A DNA stretch of 64,000 bases from the human T2T-CHM13v2.0 reference genome, Homo sapiens. The stretch is taken from NCBI RefSeq assembly GCF_009914755.1, contig NC_060935.1; one strand, written 5' to 3'. The first letter of the stretch is position 1. The number at the start of each line of letters is the position of its first letter. Under the pieces are notes generated by a model that searched no databases, was not told where the DNA came from, and was given only the letters and a program-made list of their open reading frames with translations. Shown here one piece after another: positions 22,823 to 37,879 of the stretch. The position numbers and the translations under genes are program-made.

Positions 22823-24399
22823 TTTAAAAACCTTAAAAAGTAGATCTGAAGCTCTGTCCACTGAAAAACCTAGAAGAAATGACATCCCAGAAATAATGAA
22901 CACTCCTAATTTTTAAATATCCTCAATGAAGCAGTCTTTTTGGAGAAATGGATGATTCCAAGTATGTGGCAGAGTTGACAAGTTAGGCCTGATATATCTT
23001 GCTGTGCCAAGGAAATAGGAAGATTACTGGGATCATATCAGAAAGATACAGTAACCAAATTGAAGGGGCTACCTCTGACCTCAGATAAAAAAATTTGAGC
23101 ATTAAAAAATACTAATTCAATAGATCAAATTATACCAAGTATATATAACTCCATGAGTTCATAATGATTTTTTAAAAATAAAAATTTATTAGTCTCCACT
23201 GGATATTGTTAATGAACCCATTCATTACCCTTATAATTAATTCATTACTCTTATTAATAGAAAGTGTCAAACACTTATCTCACCTTTCCTGTATGAGATA
23301 TATTCCAAGATAACCCAATAACTGATGATAGAAAGTTTTTGTAGAACTCAGCTAATAAATATGGAAGGAATAATAGAAAACTCAGCATTTTACTACCTAT
23401 TCCATTGGATTTAGGTAATTGTCATTAATGGGGAACTTTAAAATAGAGGGATCGGGATGACACTGCTTAAATTTAGTGGTCAATGTTAGTATCAATAAAA
23501 GTGGTCAACCAGTCATTATACACCTCTTGATGTGATTCAACAAGAAGTATACTGCACCCACCACCTGAAACCTATTCTTGTCATCCAGACCCCCGAAAAC
23601 TGAACCTAAACCTAGTCATCTCTAGGTCTAAACTAATAGTTTAAGGAAAATATAGGAAATGGGGGCAGGAGTAAAGCAAAAAACAGTATCATGAGAAAGC
23701 AGCCAGTCAAATAAAGAATATGGGATATTTTATGGGATATAGGTTCTGGATTCATTAACAAATAAATAGTATAAAAAAGCAGCAAAGAGAGGACTAATAA
23801 TAGAATTTTTTAAATTTGAGAGACAAAACAGCAAAATGCAATGCACTGACCTTGCTGAGATCCTGATTCAAGCAAACCAAGCCTGTGATATTTTCTTAGA
23901 AATCTGAATAGGAATTGTAAATGATAATAAGAAATTCTTAATTTGTTAAGCATAAAGGTAGTTTTTAAAAAGACCTTCTCAGCTAAAAGTGATGCATGCC
24001 GAAGTATTTAATGATGAGATTACATGACTTCTAAACTTGCTTCTTAATATTCCAGCAAGAAAAAATGTGGATGGATGGGTGAAGGTTAATAGAGGAATCC
24101 ATTTGGCAAAACACTTATACTTACTGAAGCTAGGTAAGGAAGCACATTTATGTTTAGACTGTACTATAATAAAAACATTTAAAAAGCAATTTGTTGAGGT
24201 ATAAGAACTTTCTCTTTAATACATGAAATTTTCACTGTTAAGACACATATTAGAAAATTCTTGGCTTGAGTCTTACTGATCCCATGTCCAGGTAATGGAG
24301 CTACACTGAGAATGAGAAACTCACGGTGATTGCTTTTTAAAACCTTTTAAAACAAGTGCACCTCACAAATCAACGAATAGCCGCAAAATAAATACTTTT

Positions 24400-25730
24400 C
24401 AACTATCTGATCTTTGACAAACCTGACAAAAACAAGCAATGGGGAAGGATTCCCCATTTAATAAATGGTGCTGGGAAAACTGGCTAGTCATATGTAAAAA
24501 GCTGAAACTGGATCCCTTCCTTACACCTTATACAAAAATTAATTCAAGATGGATTAAAGACTTACATGTTAGACCTAAAACCATAAAAACCCTAGAAGAA
24601 AACCTAGGCATTACCATTCAGGACACAGGCATGGGCAAGGACTTCATGTCTAAAACAAAAAAAGCAATGGCAACAAAAGCCAAAATAGACAAATGGGATC
24701 TAATTAAACTAAGGAGCTTCTGCACAGCAAAAGAAACTACCATCAGAGTGAACAGGCAACTTACAAAATGGGAGAAAATTTTCACAACCTACTCATGTGA
24801 CAAAGGGCTAATATCCAGAATCTACAATGAACTCAAACAAATTTACAACAAAAAAACAAACAACCCCATCAAAAAGTGGGCAAAGGATATGAACAGACAC
24901 TTCTCAAAAGAAGACATTTATGCAGGCAAAAGACACATGGAAAAATGCTCATCATCACTGGCCATCAGAGAAATGCAAATCAAAACCACAATGAGATACC
25001 ATCTCACACCAGTTAGAATGGCAATCATTAAAAAGTCAGGAAACAACAGGTGCTGGAGAGGATGTGGAGAAATAGGAACACTTTTACACTGTTGGTGGGA
25101 CTGTAAACTAGTTCAACCATTGTGGAAGTCAGTGTGGCGATTCCTCAGGGATCTAGAACTAGAAATACCATTTGACCCAGCCATCCCATTACTAGGTATA
25201 TACCCAAAGGACTATAAATCATGCTGCTATAAAGACACATGCACACGTATGTTTATTCCGGCATTATTCACAATAGCAAAGACTTGGAACCAACCCAAAT
25301 GTCCAACAATGATAGACTGGATTAAGAAAATGTGGCACAAATACACCATGAAATACTGTGCAGCCATAAAAAATGATGAGTTCATGTCCTTTGTAGGGAC
25401 ATGGATGAAATTGGAAATCATCATTCTCAGTAAACTATCTCAAGGACAAAAAACCAAACACCGCATGTTCTCACTCATAGATGGGAATTGAACAATGAGA
25501 ACACATGGACACAGGAAGGGGAACGTCACACTCTGAGGACTGTTGTGGGGTGGGGGGAGTGGGGAGGGATAGCATTAGGAGATATACCTAATGCTAAATG
25601 ACGAGTTAATGGGTGCAGCACACCAGCATGGCACATGTATACATATGTAACTAACCTGCACATTGTGCACATGTACCCTAAAACTTAAAGTATAATAATA
25701 ATAAAAATAGAAAAGAAAAAAAATAATAAT
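24400..25730 (+). mobile_element. 5'-truncated young L1 (L1PA3-like) 3' end
   Basis: ORF 24439..25491 is 350 aa of the ORF2p C-terminus; 3'UTR and A tail follow. Confidence 0.96.
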
Positions 25731-27761
25731 ATGTTGGACATTATGAGTAAGTCAGGAAACTCAAAAGAAAACAATGAAGTTGTAATTTTTGCTAATTAGT
25801 AGTTGAATTTCTAATTTTAGCTAAGTAGTAAAAACAGTGTTAAATAAATATACTCAATACTGGAAGATATATGGAATGATCCATATATTCATATATTCCT
25901 GGTAATAATATTAACTGTATTATTCTTTTGGAGAGTCACTTGATAATCTATATCAAGGTTTTTTTTAAAAAAGATGTAGACATCTAAGTCCTAGGAATTA
26001 ATTAATACAAATAATTCAGAAGAAGAAAACATTATGTTTAATGATATTTATTATAGTACTACTAAACACCAGAAGTAATCTAAATATGATACTATTGTTA
26101 ATACATTTAGTTGTTTCCAATGTTTGGAACTATAATAATGCTTCAGTGAAAATCTTTAGGCATATAGCATTTTATTTTTTGTTTATTTACATAAATCCCT
26201 AATGGAATAATTGATAATGTTAAAATTATTATAAAACTATTATGAAATTATGATGAAACAACATGGAGAAATGCTTAAGTATAAAAAAAGAATTTTAGGC
26301 ACACAATAACTTATGTGTGCACACATACATGAATAAATGTAGAAAAACATTGGTAGGAAAAGTTTTCTGTATTGCTTTAGGTTAATAGGGTAATAAGTTA
26401 AAAACAAACGTTTCTGCAAGGTCTTTTTATTGTCTTTACACTTACAACAAAATTAACTAATTAATCCTTAAGCACTTATTCAAGTGATATATTTGCTCTG
26501 TTTTGAAACTCACTTCCCTGAGATACCCAAATGGCTTAGTCCTTTGCTTACCTCAGGGGTCTGCTTAAGAGAACAAGTGACTCAACCACTGTGTCTCAAA
26601 TACTACCTAATCACTCTCTCTCTTGCCATGCAGAGTAGGTCGTAGTTAGTTGGCTAGTTTGATTACTGTTTGTCTCCTCCACCAGAATACATTAATCATG
26701 AGGGCAAGAACTTTCCTTTTTGTCACTATATCCCTAGTACTTTGAATAATGCTTGACACATATATAGTAGTTGCTCAATAAATATCTATTGAATGAGCTG
26801 ACATAAGAAAAATATTACAATAGCAAAATTGAGATCATCTGCTCCCGAGTATATTGCAATTTAGAGTCTCACTTCAGCATTGACTAGAATATGCATAAAT
26901 AGATTAACTTTTACGTAAGAATCCCTCCTTAGTATTTACTTAGAGAGACACCTAAAATGAAGACTATATTATCAGCAATCCCATTTATGGATCATCTGCA
27001 TTGTACTGGTTCCACTGAAGGCTCTGTCTACAGTACTAAATTAAAATGAGATTTTTTCAGAGCAAACTTCTGAAGTAGGCTTTAGCCTCATTTAACAAAT
27101 GCAAAAAGACAGCTTAGAGAATTTACACCTGACTAGTCAGTAGAGGAGCTGAGATTGAAATCTAGGCCTAACTTCAAAGCCTAACTTCAATGTTATACCT
27201 CTAACTTAAATGCATCCTGACTTTGACATCTCTGTGGGAACTGACAGTATCAGCTGAGCACAAATAGCCCAATAATTTTGTAAATATGAGAGTTCTACCT
27301 CTTCCCCACTAAGACAGCATGTAAGCAAAGCATGCACAGTGTTCTGTAAAGCAGACTATCTAGAAAACACTATTTCTAGAAATCAGCTTTGATAATAGCA
27401 GCCAGATCACAACATGACAATAGAAGCAGCTAGGTGTTGGGACCCAAACCATATAGCTGCAGTTTTTCCATTACCTCATCACTTTTTCACATGCCTTGCT
27501 TTGTTCAACTTTGCTTTCTTTAAAAAGCAGACAATTTAGCAGAATTTTGAGGCCTACAGATCTGAATCTAAACTAGTAATTTTATATGCTGTCCTGTGTT
27601 CTTCCTCTAAACCCCTGAGACACAGAAGAGCTCACTTTACTTTTTATTTACTCTGTCAAATGATGTCTAGGGTCTATTCAAGGGAAACTGAATACCGTAA
27701 GTCCTACTATTTAAGAAAAACAAATACCTGCAACCACCTGTCTCAATTTTGTGTAGCATAA

Positions 27762-27917
27762 TAGTGTTTCTCAAACTTTAGTGTGCATTATTCATCTGGG
27801 AACTTGATAAAATGCAGATTGCTGGGTCTTCCACCCTGAGTTTTTGATTCAATGGGTCTGGGATGGGGCCCAAGATTTTGCATTTCTAACAAGTCCCCAG
27901 GTGATGCTGATGCTGCA
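27762..27917. mobile_element. MER5A-like hAT-Charlie MITE
   Basis: agtgtttctcaaact...aaaatgcagatt...ctaacaagtccccaggtgatgctgatgctgc. Confidence 0.8.
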
Positions 27918-30283
27918 TAAAGCAAATGACACAAAACTGAGCTTGCCTATAGGTAGGCATTACTTGAGAAAACTGTAAGACATGCCAACTATCTGAGAAA
28001 TGACCCTCATCTAGGCATCTGCTGGACAGCTGGTTTCGAGAGTGGGATAGCAGGGGAGTAACAGCCTCTGTTTCAACTTGGGTAAATCTCAGGAAAGAAA
28101 TCAAAAGCAATCACCCAAACTTGCTGTGATACCCCTGCATTTCATAATCTAATAAATTAAGAAAGTTTCAGCTCTTGCTTTCTTGGAGGATCTCTTTGGG
28201 ACCAATTACCTCTAGAGGAAGAATGAGAAATACTGACAATTAAAAGTGCCACAAAAAGAGGGAGAGTGTTTATACTCTGGTGAGGCTCTTAGCCACAGGG
28301 GAAATTAGGGAGCACCTGCATGACCTGGATAATGAACAATTAAAAAGAAACACAGGTAGACATTGAAGAGCTCATCCCTGTGGGAGGATGCCAAGGACCA
28401 ATGACTTGAGCCTTAAAGAGGAATTCTTTGAACTGATGAAAAAATGCAGATGAATTTAATTTCCCAGGAGGCTCAGAGGTTAAACTGTCATTATAGAAAC
28501 TCTTTGTGACTATCTAACTTGGGGTGAGGCAGGATGACACCTAATTAATGAACTGATCATATGGCAGGAGACCTTTTTACAGAAAGCCAGGCATAAAAAG
28601 GAAAATACAACCCAAGTGGAGCTTCTGATCAATAAATGTCACTTTTTGTCATGTGGCTCTATGTATAAATATGTTTTAAGTGTTGTTTCCTGTTTATATA
28701 AAGCCATAAATGACCCCATCAGCCCTGTCTGTTTAGAAGGGGCCTGAGTCAAGAAAATGAGAACTAGCTACCTTAATGGTGCTTTCTGGTCATCCTATGG
28801 ATTGGGTATTTTTTTGTGTGTGTATCTAACTTATGTCTCTACCTGAAATGTGCCTATGTCCTGTTGTTCTGCTTTCAGGCAACTTCTCCATCATAATGAT
28901 CCATAGGCAGTATTCAATTGTTGACTGTTGTACTCAACTAATTCTCAGACTTTTATGGCTACCAGTACAATATAAATTTATTGTGACACAATTTAAGATG
29001 ATTTGGATTAAGTGTCAATGAAAAATGCTGCTTAGGTAAAATACCATCTAGAAATGAAATACCTAATGATTTGTGAAAAAGCATTGAGCAAGCTCCAGTG
29101 AACAAGCAAATTACTACAGAGCACTTTGCTAGTGGATTCTGTCAGCACCACTGTATCTGGGTCTATTGTCAAATAAAGCATATCGTGTTGGTACCACAAA
29201 AGTAAAGAGATCCAACAGCCGAAGAGGAATTGAATTTCAGTCAAAAGGCAGTTGTGATGTTTTATAAAAAACATGGAACTTGCAGAAATGATACCCAAGT
29301 TGAAATCTTGCCTCTTCAACTTTCTAACTGTGTGACTTTAAGAAAATCACTTTACCTACCTGAGACTCATCTATAACTAGGTAAAATGTTGAATAAACTT
29401 GCTCTCACAGACTGTGATGGCATCATATAAATTATTTTTAACCATATACATAATAATATGCCTGATATTTAGGAAAGTCTCCATATTAGTAAAAGGGCCT
29501 AAACACATGGGATTTTCTTTACTCCCTCCTGAAACATCATTAACATGACAGTTAAGAAATTATGTAAATTATAAAGAGCCATAAGGAAAGAGAAAAAAGT
29601 AAAGGATATGCCACCAGATGAGATATTAACTAAATTTTCAAGAATTTAAAGTAGATTTTAAGAGTGGTACCTGGCTTAACATAAATAAGAAAACTGGAAC
29701 TTACGTCTCCACAGATGGGAGAGGCCAATAAAAATCAAGCCATCTTGAATATGATAACATCAGAGGGGCTCAGGAACTGAATGCATGAGATACTCTTCAA
29801 GGCTAGAAACAGGACTGGTTGAAAGTCTAAAGAACCATTAGAAAGTTAGATGCCTTATCTTACCGTAAGATGCAATGATTATTTCTGTAAATATTGAACA
29901 AGAGAGTCTCAGTGATCAGAGATGTTGGACACCATGAGGAAACGAGTCAAGCTCTCTACTGAAAAATGGGAATTAAGTAAAAGTTGACATGCTGAATGGT
30001 GAAAAGCCCATTCCCCCATCCCCTTTTTCAATCTCAGAATTCTGGCAAAGAGAACATCTCTTTAGCATAATTGACTCAACAGAAAAGACCTAAGATTGTC
30101 ATATTCAGGAGTCACTCAACAAAATGGCCAGAGTATCTTACCTGAGTACCATATAGTCAAGTCTACCAGTCAACAATTTCTGTCTATATCCATGGAGTTT
30201 GCAATTAGCATTTTAGTGTCTCATTCTTAAATAGTAACAGACAACCATGGATCAGCAGTATTGGGAAAGACCAGTGTAAACAA

Positions 30284-31435
30284 ATGTAAGGCACCAAGAT
30301 GTAATATATATCAAATTCCAAATTGAACTGCAAAACATCCCTCCAAACAGGTAGTCAAAGATTACTTGTACAATTCTGGAATTCCTCACTCTTGTTCAGG
30401 AGAAAACAGGTAAAGAAAAAGGAAAACTGAGAGAAGGATTCCTTTGAAGAAAACTGTGCTATGAGTGCCCCATCACCACCAAGAAAGATGAGGTATAGTT
30501 CTTGATAACCTCAGGTTAAAAGAGGGACTTCACTGGGACGACTCAGAGAGTTGGATATGTGTGCCTTGGCATTAGTAAGATGCAGTTAGTGGTATCAGAG
30601 TTACCCCTGGAAAAAGTCCATAGATGAGTCTGGCTGAAAGAGCCTATGGCAGCTGAATAGAAACATGCAGCTAAAAATTATAACTCCACTGGCTGTCAGA
30701 GAAAAGAGTAAGTTATCCATGGTCCTTCTATGAAAATATGAGAGGAAGAGATTATCTGGAACGATGTTAATAATTTCTAAGGGTTCACTAGGAGGGAACA
30801 ATGAAAGCCCCTTGAAAAAAGAATCTTTACAAAACAAATCCTCAAAGAAACATGACAAGGAGAGAATAGCCAGTCAAGACACGTAAAGGGCAATCAAGAG
30901 TTCACTGCTGGACCTGTCTTAATCCCGAAAAGAATTCAGGGAAAAAAGTCAGAGCTAAACACTGGCTGAGCCTGGAGAGCATAAAGCCAATTTAACAACA
31001 ATCCTAGACAAGTTAGACCTTCCTGCCTTCTATTCTCATCTCCATCCTCCCTAGTGTTTCAACCCTAGAGCAGGCAGGTGTCAAGGCTGGCAATAAGGGT
31101 GAGGGTGGTAGATAACAAAGCGAGGTCAGGAGAGAGGAAAGGCCATACCCCTGTCCTCGCCTCCTGCAGCTTGAAGGTCCTAAAAAAGAGAGGGAGTGGC
31201 TGTCACTTTTAAAGTGCTGGAAGCCTTAACTATTACACAGACTGAATTACCTAATGGCTTAGTTTTTGTGTTTTGTTTCTTAAATTGATTTTATATTTAG
31301 AACTGTTTTTTAACAGTAATCAGAAAAGACAGAGGACTGCACAAGCTTTTATTTATGAGAGGAGAAATCCTTCCCCACTGAGTTCATTCTAAAAGGACAG
31401 GAGAAAAACAAAGTAAAGCAGCTTTCTGATTCCAT
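30284..31435 (+). mobile_element. Possible ancient solo LTR (LTR78-like)
   Basis: Begins tgtaaggcaccaagat and appears to interrupt old L1M sequence; family assigned from memory only. Confidence 0.35.
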
Positions 31436-32623
31436 ATTTGTTCAAAACAAACATAAAAAGGAGAAATTAAAAAAAACAAGACAATTCAGAAAACACATGA
31501 AACAAACATACAAAGGGGGAAGAATGGGTCATGTAGAAAGGATCAAGGATAAAAAAAATTTAATAAAAACTTGCCAATCATGGAAGCTAGAAGACAGTGA
31601 AGCAATGTCTTCAGAATTATGAAGGAAAATAGTTTCCACTTAGAATTCTATGCCCAGGCAACTTAAGGGCAATGACAGAATAAAAATATTTTCAGATATT
31701 CAAGTTCTCAAAAATTCTTTCTCAGAAAGCTACTAGGGGATGTTCCCCACCAAAATAAAGGTGGTAACATGTATAAAACATAGACATGGGACCCAGGAAA
31801 CAGAGCATCCAAAGAGGAAACTAATAAAAGGAATTTCCAAGAGTAATTACTAGATATAATTCTAAGTTAATGAACCAGAATGACTGCTACTCAGCAGGAA
31901 GAAATCATTTCATGTTGAATCAGGAGGAGGAAAGTCTCCTGGAGGGATATCTCCAGAAAAAAAAAAAAGAAAAGAAAGAAACTGACTTGTTGCCAGATGT
32001 AGTTGGCCATTTTGAAAAGAATTTCACAGTTCTGTTGCATAACTTAGTGATAAGTACAATAAAAACTAAGCCAATTTCAAAAAGGATTCAAATGTTAACT
32101 TTAGAAAAAAATGAATTTATACCAAAAGGACACTGTGATAATAATATTAACACTACTATACCTCCATGTGCTTGGCACTATTCTAAATACCACGCTTGTA
32201 TTGTCTCTAAATCCTCATAACAACCCTATAAGGTAGGCAATTTCATTAGGACTATTTTACTGATGAGGAAAGTAAGGTACAGAGATGTTAAATGACTTGA
32301 ACAAATACCACAACCCAGATTTGAACCTGGAAGTCTGACTCTAAAATCCAGACTCTAGTGTAGTCAGTTTGCTACATGGCTTACTTGTGAGCAGTATTCT
32401 ATGATTGTCAACATATGCACACTTAATACTGATCTAACCTGTAATTATGACATAATTATATATTGAAAAAACAGGGGAGGGGAAATATGTTAGGAGTGAG
32501 TGGGGTAATAATAACATTTCTAAACCTCATCTTCCCTCTTAGACAGTCAATACATAATGGTTAAAACTGGAAAAATAAAACAATCTATAACAATATAAAG
32601 TTATTATTTAAAACACATAAGCA

Positions 32624-33020
<397 letters not shown>

Positions 33021-33295
33021 TCAATATTCAACAAGAAAAGGCTTTTTCAATATTACCCTTGAAGTAATATTTGAGTTTTTAAACTATGCATTTGTATTTC
33101 TGTGATTTAAAAAATCAATTTAAAGGGAAATTATAAATGTTGGAGAAAGGTAGGGAGGGATGGTATCTAGTACTGAAATGGGCACTTTGATAGTACTGAT
33201 AGGAACCAGGACTCCCGTGACTACCAGGAAAGGTGTTGCTGGTCTTATAACTACCCACTGGGGTGTGGGATACAGCCTCTCAAGTCGGGTCATAC

Positions 33296-33377
33296 CTTCT
33301 GCACCAAACACCTCTCCGCAGTGAGAGCAGAAGAAGTGCTCTGGGTGCCAGGTCTGGTTCATTGCTGTCAGCACTTT
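33296..33377 (-). CDS. LPXN: Leupaxin exon 7 (LIM2)
   Basis: KVLTAMNQTWHPEHFFCSHCGEVFGAEG; ccag|AAA...GAA G|gtatga; 82 nt. Confidence 0.97.
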
Positions 33378-33482
33378 CTGGAAAGGGAACACACAGATAT
33401 TATAATGATGCAGAAGTTGTAAAGCATGACTCTGGTTCTAAGTGAGTGACTGAAAGCTGGAGAGGAGCGGGGATTTACTTAC

Positions 33483-33656
33483 ATCCAGGATGGGAGCAGC
33501 GCAGTAAGCACAGCGTGGAGAAAAAAGTTGGTGGTAGTCGTTGGGGCAGTAGGCCAAGCCACTCCGCTCAAAGAAGGGACTGGAGCCAATCTCTTCTTTG
33601 CAATGAGTACAGACAAAATGCTCAGGATGCCATGATTGCCCTAGAGCATGGATCAC
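33483..33656 (-). CDS. LPXN: Leupaxin exon 6 (LIM1 to LIM2)
   Basis: ORF 33438..33656 [11 protein letters not shown]...[10 protein letters not shown]; cag|GTG...GAT|gtaagt; 174 nt. Confidence 0.97.
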
Positions 33657-34229
33657 CTGTGGAGTGAAATAAAGCCTGACACAGGAGGCCAGTTGAGTGC
33701 TCTACAGCCTACAGGTTGCACAACTCTAGGGAGCACTCTTCACATTGTACCCCTTGTAGACAACACGCCCTGGAATTATACAACACTGAGGCCTAGACCT
33801 AGGTTCCACCTAAGGCCATCTGTGGTCTGTGCTTTATGGATTGATAATAAAAGGATGCCCACTTCCGGGACTGATCACTGTGATGAAAGCCTGTAAATGT
33901 TCACAACCACTGCACTGCCACAGGGGGTGGCAGAAACAACATATAGCACATTGATGACAGAGAAGTTGTAACTGTAGCCTTAGTGTGGAAGGGACCCCTG
34001 GAAGAGGAAAAGGCCAAATGACAGTTTTTATTCCTCTAGTTTGAACACTTTATTCCACGCCCCATGCAGTCAGGTCTCAAAGCTTTTTATCACAGCTTCG
34101 GTGAAGGACGATGCAGAACAGGAGTTTGCAGCTGTGACTTGGAGCTGAGTTCAGCTGAAAATTGTAATCAATCAATTTAGACTGGGAATGTGTGAACAAA
34201 GGGAGCAGTGAGAAAGGTCATCTCAGTAA

Positions 34230-34470
34230 AGGCAGTACAGAAAAATGGTCAAGAACTCAAACTCAGGAGACAGTCTCCTGGTTTCAGATCTTACCTCTAC
34301 CTCTTATTATGCCTTGGATATGTCCATTAATGTCTCTGAGTCCTCAGTTTCCTCATCTTTACAAAGGGAGCAATCATTCTTCTTGAAGGGCTGATGTGAC
34401 CATTAAATGAGGAAATACTTGTAAAGCACTTAGCTCAGTGGCCAGAGCACTGTAAGTGATTAGTAATTAT
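34230..34470 (+). mobile_element. MIR
   Basis: MIR core: tctctgagtcctcagtttcctcatct...attaaatgag...gtaaagcacttag. Confidence 0.75.
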
Positions 34471-34574
34471 TAATGCTAACTAAAATATCTTAAAATATAA
34501 GGGGAAAGAGCAAACCTTGATGAGACAGAGAGAGACAAAGAAGGCTGTAGGACCAAAATTTCAGCCCATCTCAC

Positions 34575-34742
34575 CTTCCCAGCAATCGGTTTCTGGCAGG
34601 ATGCACAATGGCCCTTGGGCACTGTGGCAATGCCAAGGTCCTGCAATTCCTGCTCCAGACCCCCAAGCATTGAGTCCAGGGAGGCCTTGTGATCCTGCTT
34701 GTCTGGTAAGTGCTTCTTGCCAGCATCTGCTCTCACTGCAAC
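34575..34742 (-). CDS. LPXN: Leupaxin exon 5 (VAVRADAGKK...CASCQKPIAGK; LD motif and start of LIM1)
   Basis: Within ORF 34476..34799; ccag|GTT...AAG|gtgaga; 168 nt. Confidence 0.97.
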
Positions 34743-35067
34743 CTGGCCCAAGGGAAGAACCAAGAACAGAATCAGCCTCATTTTTATTCTCATTGGCATC
34801 TTCTAATGACTCTATAAATTCACCTCTACTGACTGATCTCTTGGCCTTTCCCCAACCTTCCTGCAAGACATTGGAAAAATCTAAAATTTCAACACCAATA
34901 AAAATCTTTTCATCTCCCTTTCATCCTAAACTCCTCAGGCCAAATGAAATCTGACTAATTTTATATTTGTAAATCTTTTCTTAATGTAGGAAATTTAGTA
35001 CATGAAGATGATACCCTTTGAAGATCTTAGGATGACCCCAGTTCAAAAATTAGTCACATCTCCCTTT

Positions 35068-35765
35068 TACTCATTTATTTGACAATAATTGTTGAATACC
35101 TGGTTTGTGCCAATCACTGCTCTAAGCACTTGGATTAAAGCAAAGATAAGACAGACCAAGTGTCTGGCCTCATGGAATTGCATTCTGTGGGCGATAGACA
35201 ATAAATAATTAAATAAATAAATATATGTTGTAATGTCAGACAGAGATAAGTTATAGAAAGAGATAGAAGGGACACAGCAAGATGGTAAGAAGAATTGATT
35301 TAGATGGAGGTAATAATCAAAGAAGGCCCCTCTAAGGAAGTAATATTTGAGTAGATACTTGGGACTTAGAAATATTGACATTTATGGGAAAAGCATTCTA
35401 GGGGGAGGGAAGGCCCCGAGGAATAAAACAACTTGGCACATTAGAAGAAAAGTCAAAGAGGTCAGTGGGGCTAGAGCAGAGGGAGTGAGATTGAACACGG
35501 CAGGAGAAGGTGATGGAGAGAGAGGCAAAGATCACATAGGAACCTCATGGTAAACGCTTGGGTTTTATTCCAAGGTGATGGAAGCCATTGCAGGATTTCA
35601 AGCACAGGAGTGAAGGAATCTGGAGGATCCCTGTGGTAGCTGAGTGGAGAACTAAGTGTTGACAAGCAAGAGTGAATACAGGGAGATTTTCAGATAATGA
35701 CTTAGATCAGTATTACAGGAGAAGGTGGTGAGAAGTGGTCAGATAAGACTTGTTGATGGATTGGA
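35068..35765 (-). mobile_element. L2 3' fragment
   Basis: tcatttattt...ttgaatacct...gtgcca...cactgctctaagcacttgg followed by typical L2 purine-rich body. Confidence 0.7.
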
Positions 35766-36563
35766 ATTATTTAAGCAAAAGCCCAAAATTATTATAAACC
35801 ATTCAAAGAAGGATCCTCAAATTAAAAGAAAAAAAAAAAAGGCTAACTGACCCTTCATAACCTCATAACCTGATTCTGGCTCTCTCTACTCCTTTCCAGC
35901 TGGGCGACTGCTACCATCTATCTACTGAATACTTCACTCATCAGAAAACTACAATGGCTCTCCATTGCCACCACATCAAGTCTTCACTCATCAGACAGAC
36001 ATTCAAAGCCTCCCATCCACTGTCCTCCCTTTTTATCTTTCCCAATTTCATCTTTTATTAATACTATGTTGTAAAAGGACAGCTGGGCTCTTCATCTCCT
36101 GAATGTGATCTGTTACTGTCTGCCTTAAGACCTCTACTTATCCTACTTTTACTGCCTGTTATAACATCACACTGTCACCAATCAAAATGCTCATTTTGCT
36201 TCGAGACATTTTGATCATCTGACAGACATCCTTCCTCCTCTAATATATGTTAGTTAATATTCAAGAGGTTAGTGTTCAGAAGGTTAGTGTCTGAAAGGTC
36301 TGAAAGGGTGACTGACATTAATTATGAAAAATAAGTAAAAATACAATATAACTACATCTACACCTACATCTCTATCTCTTCACTGTTATCTTCCAGAATA
36401 CTTCTGAACAGATATAGAAGAGACAGGAAATTCTGCCTATCTCCGGTGGGGCAGAACTGGATGGCTAGGGTGCAGAGCTGAGAAGGAAACAGTTCAGTGC
36501 AAGCTTTTTGCACTTTTGATTTGTGTACAATGTGAAAGTGCAGCTTATTCAAAAGATAAATGG

Positions 36564-36867
36564 GGCCGGGCACAGTGGTTCATGCCTGTAATCCTAGTAC
36601 TTTGAGAGGCCGAGGCAGACAGGTGGCCTGAGCTTAGAAGTTTGAGACCAGTCTGGGCAACATAGCAAAACCTCGTCTCTACTAAAAATACAAAAATTAG
36701 CTGGGCATGGTGGCACACGCCTGTAATCACAGCTACTCAGGAGGCTGAGGCACTAGAATCGCTTGAACCCAGGAGGTGGAGGTTGCAGTGAGCCGAGATC
36801 ATGCCACTGCACTCCAGGCTGGGTAACCGAGTAAGAATCTGTCTCAAAAAAAAAAAAAAAAAAAAAA
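36564..36867 (+). mobile_element. AluS SINE
   Basis: Alu dimer with A tail. Confidence 0.93.
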
Positions 36868-37540
36868 GATGGTGTTGTAAATTAAAAATTTAAATCAACC
36901 AATACACAAGCTAAATCAACTAGAAACGCAACACAATTAAATCTAATGTACATTTTTTCTAGTATTTTCAGATATACAGCATAATGAGCCAATCTACCCA
37001 GCTTTATTGTAGACACTGGCCCATCAAAGGATGTCAGTCATTAAGGAAAACTTGTTTGTGATGTTTATTTACTCATCTCTCTAATAAATATGTGTTGCTC
37101 ACGATGTATCAGGCCCTGTGCTGAGCATTGGGAGTCCCAAGGTGAGCTCTAAAGATAAGGTCCCTGCCCTCTCCAATCATATACATTTTTATATACTGCT
37201 TTGAAATTATTTCATAGTCATCTCATGAGTATATATCAAATCCTCCAACCAGATTTAAAATGGTTGGATTCTCCACCTTAAGGATTCTGGATTATATTTC
37301 CTTTAATAAATCTTTAAGCCCATTTATCTGAGATTTCCATTCCATGCCCGACTATGTGAGCTCACCACTTTAGAGGTGTTCTAGAGGCTAGAACAAAGAG
37401 GCAGATTTTATCTCAATATGGGCTTGGGACTTCTCATCCTTCCTACTGTCAGAGCCATACTTTGATCTCCCTTGCTGTGTCTCAGCTTGCTCACTGGTCT
37501 CCTCTGTCCTGCTTAGTCAGGTCTCTTTAACAGTCCTTTT

Positions 37541-37879
<339 letters not shown>

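Noticed and set aside
22090-24399. Idea that the spacer between the two young L1 fragments is already inverted
   Set aside because: Old L1M-like sequence appears colinear and plus-oriented on both sides of the left insertion (agaaata ... ttaaactg), so no inversion is needed. An outgroup alignment would confirm this.
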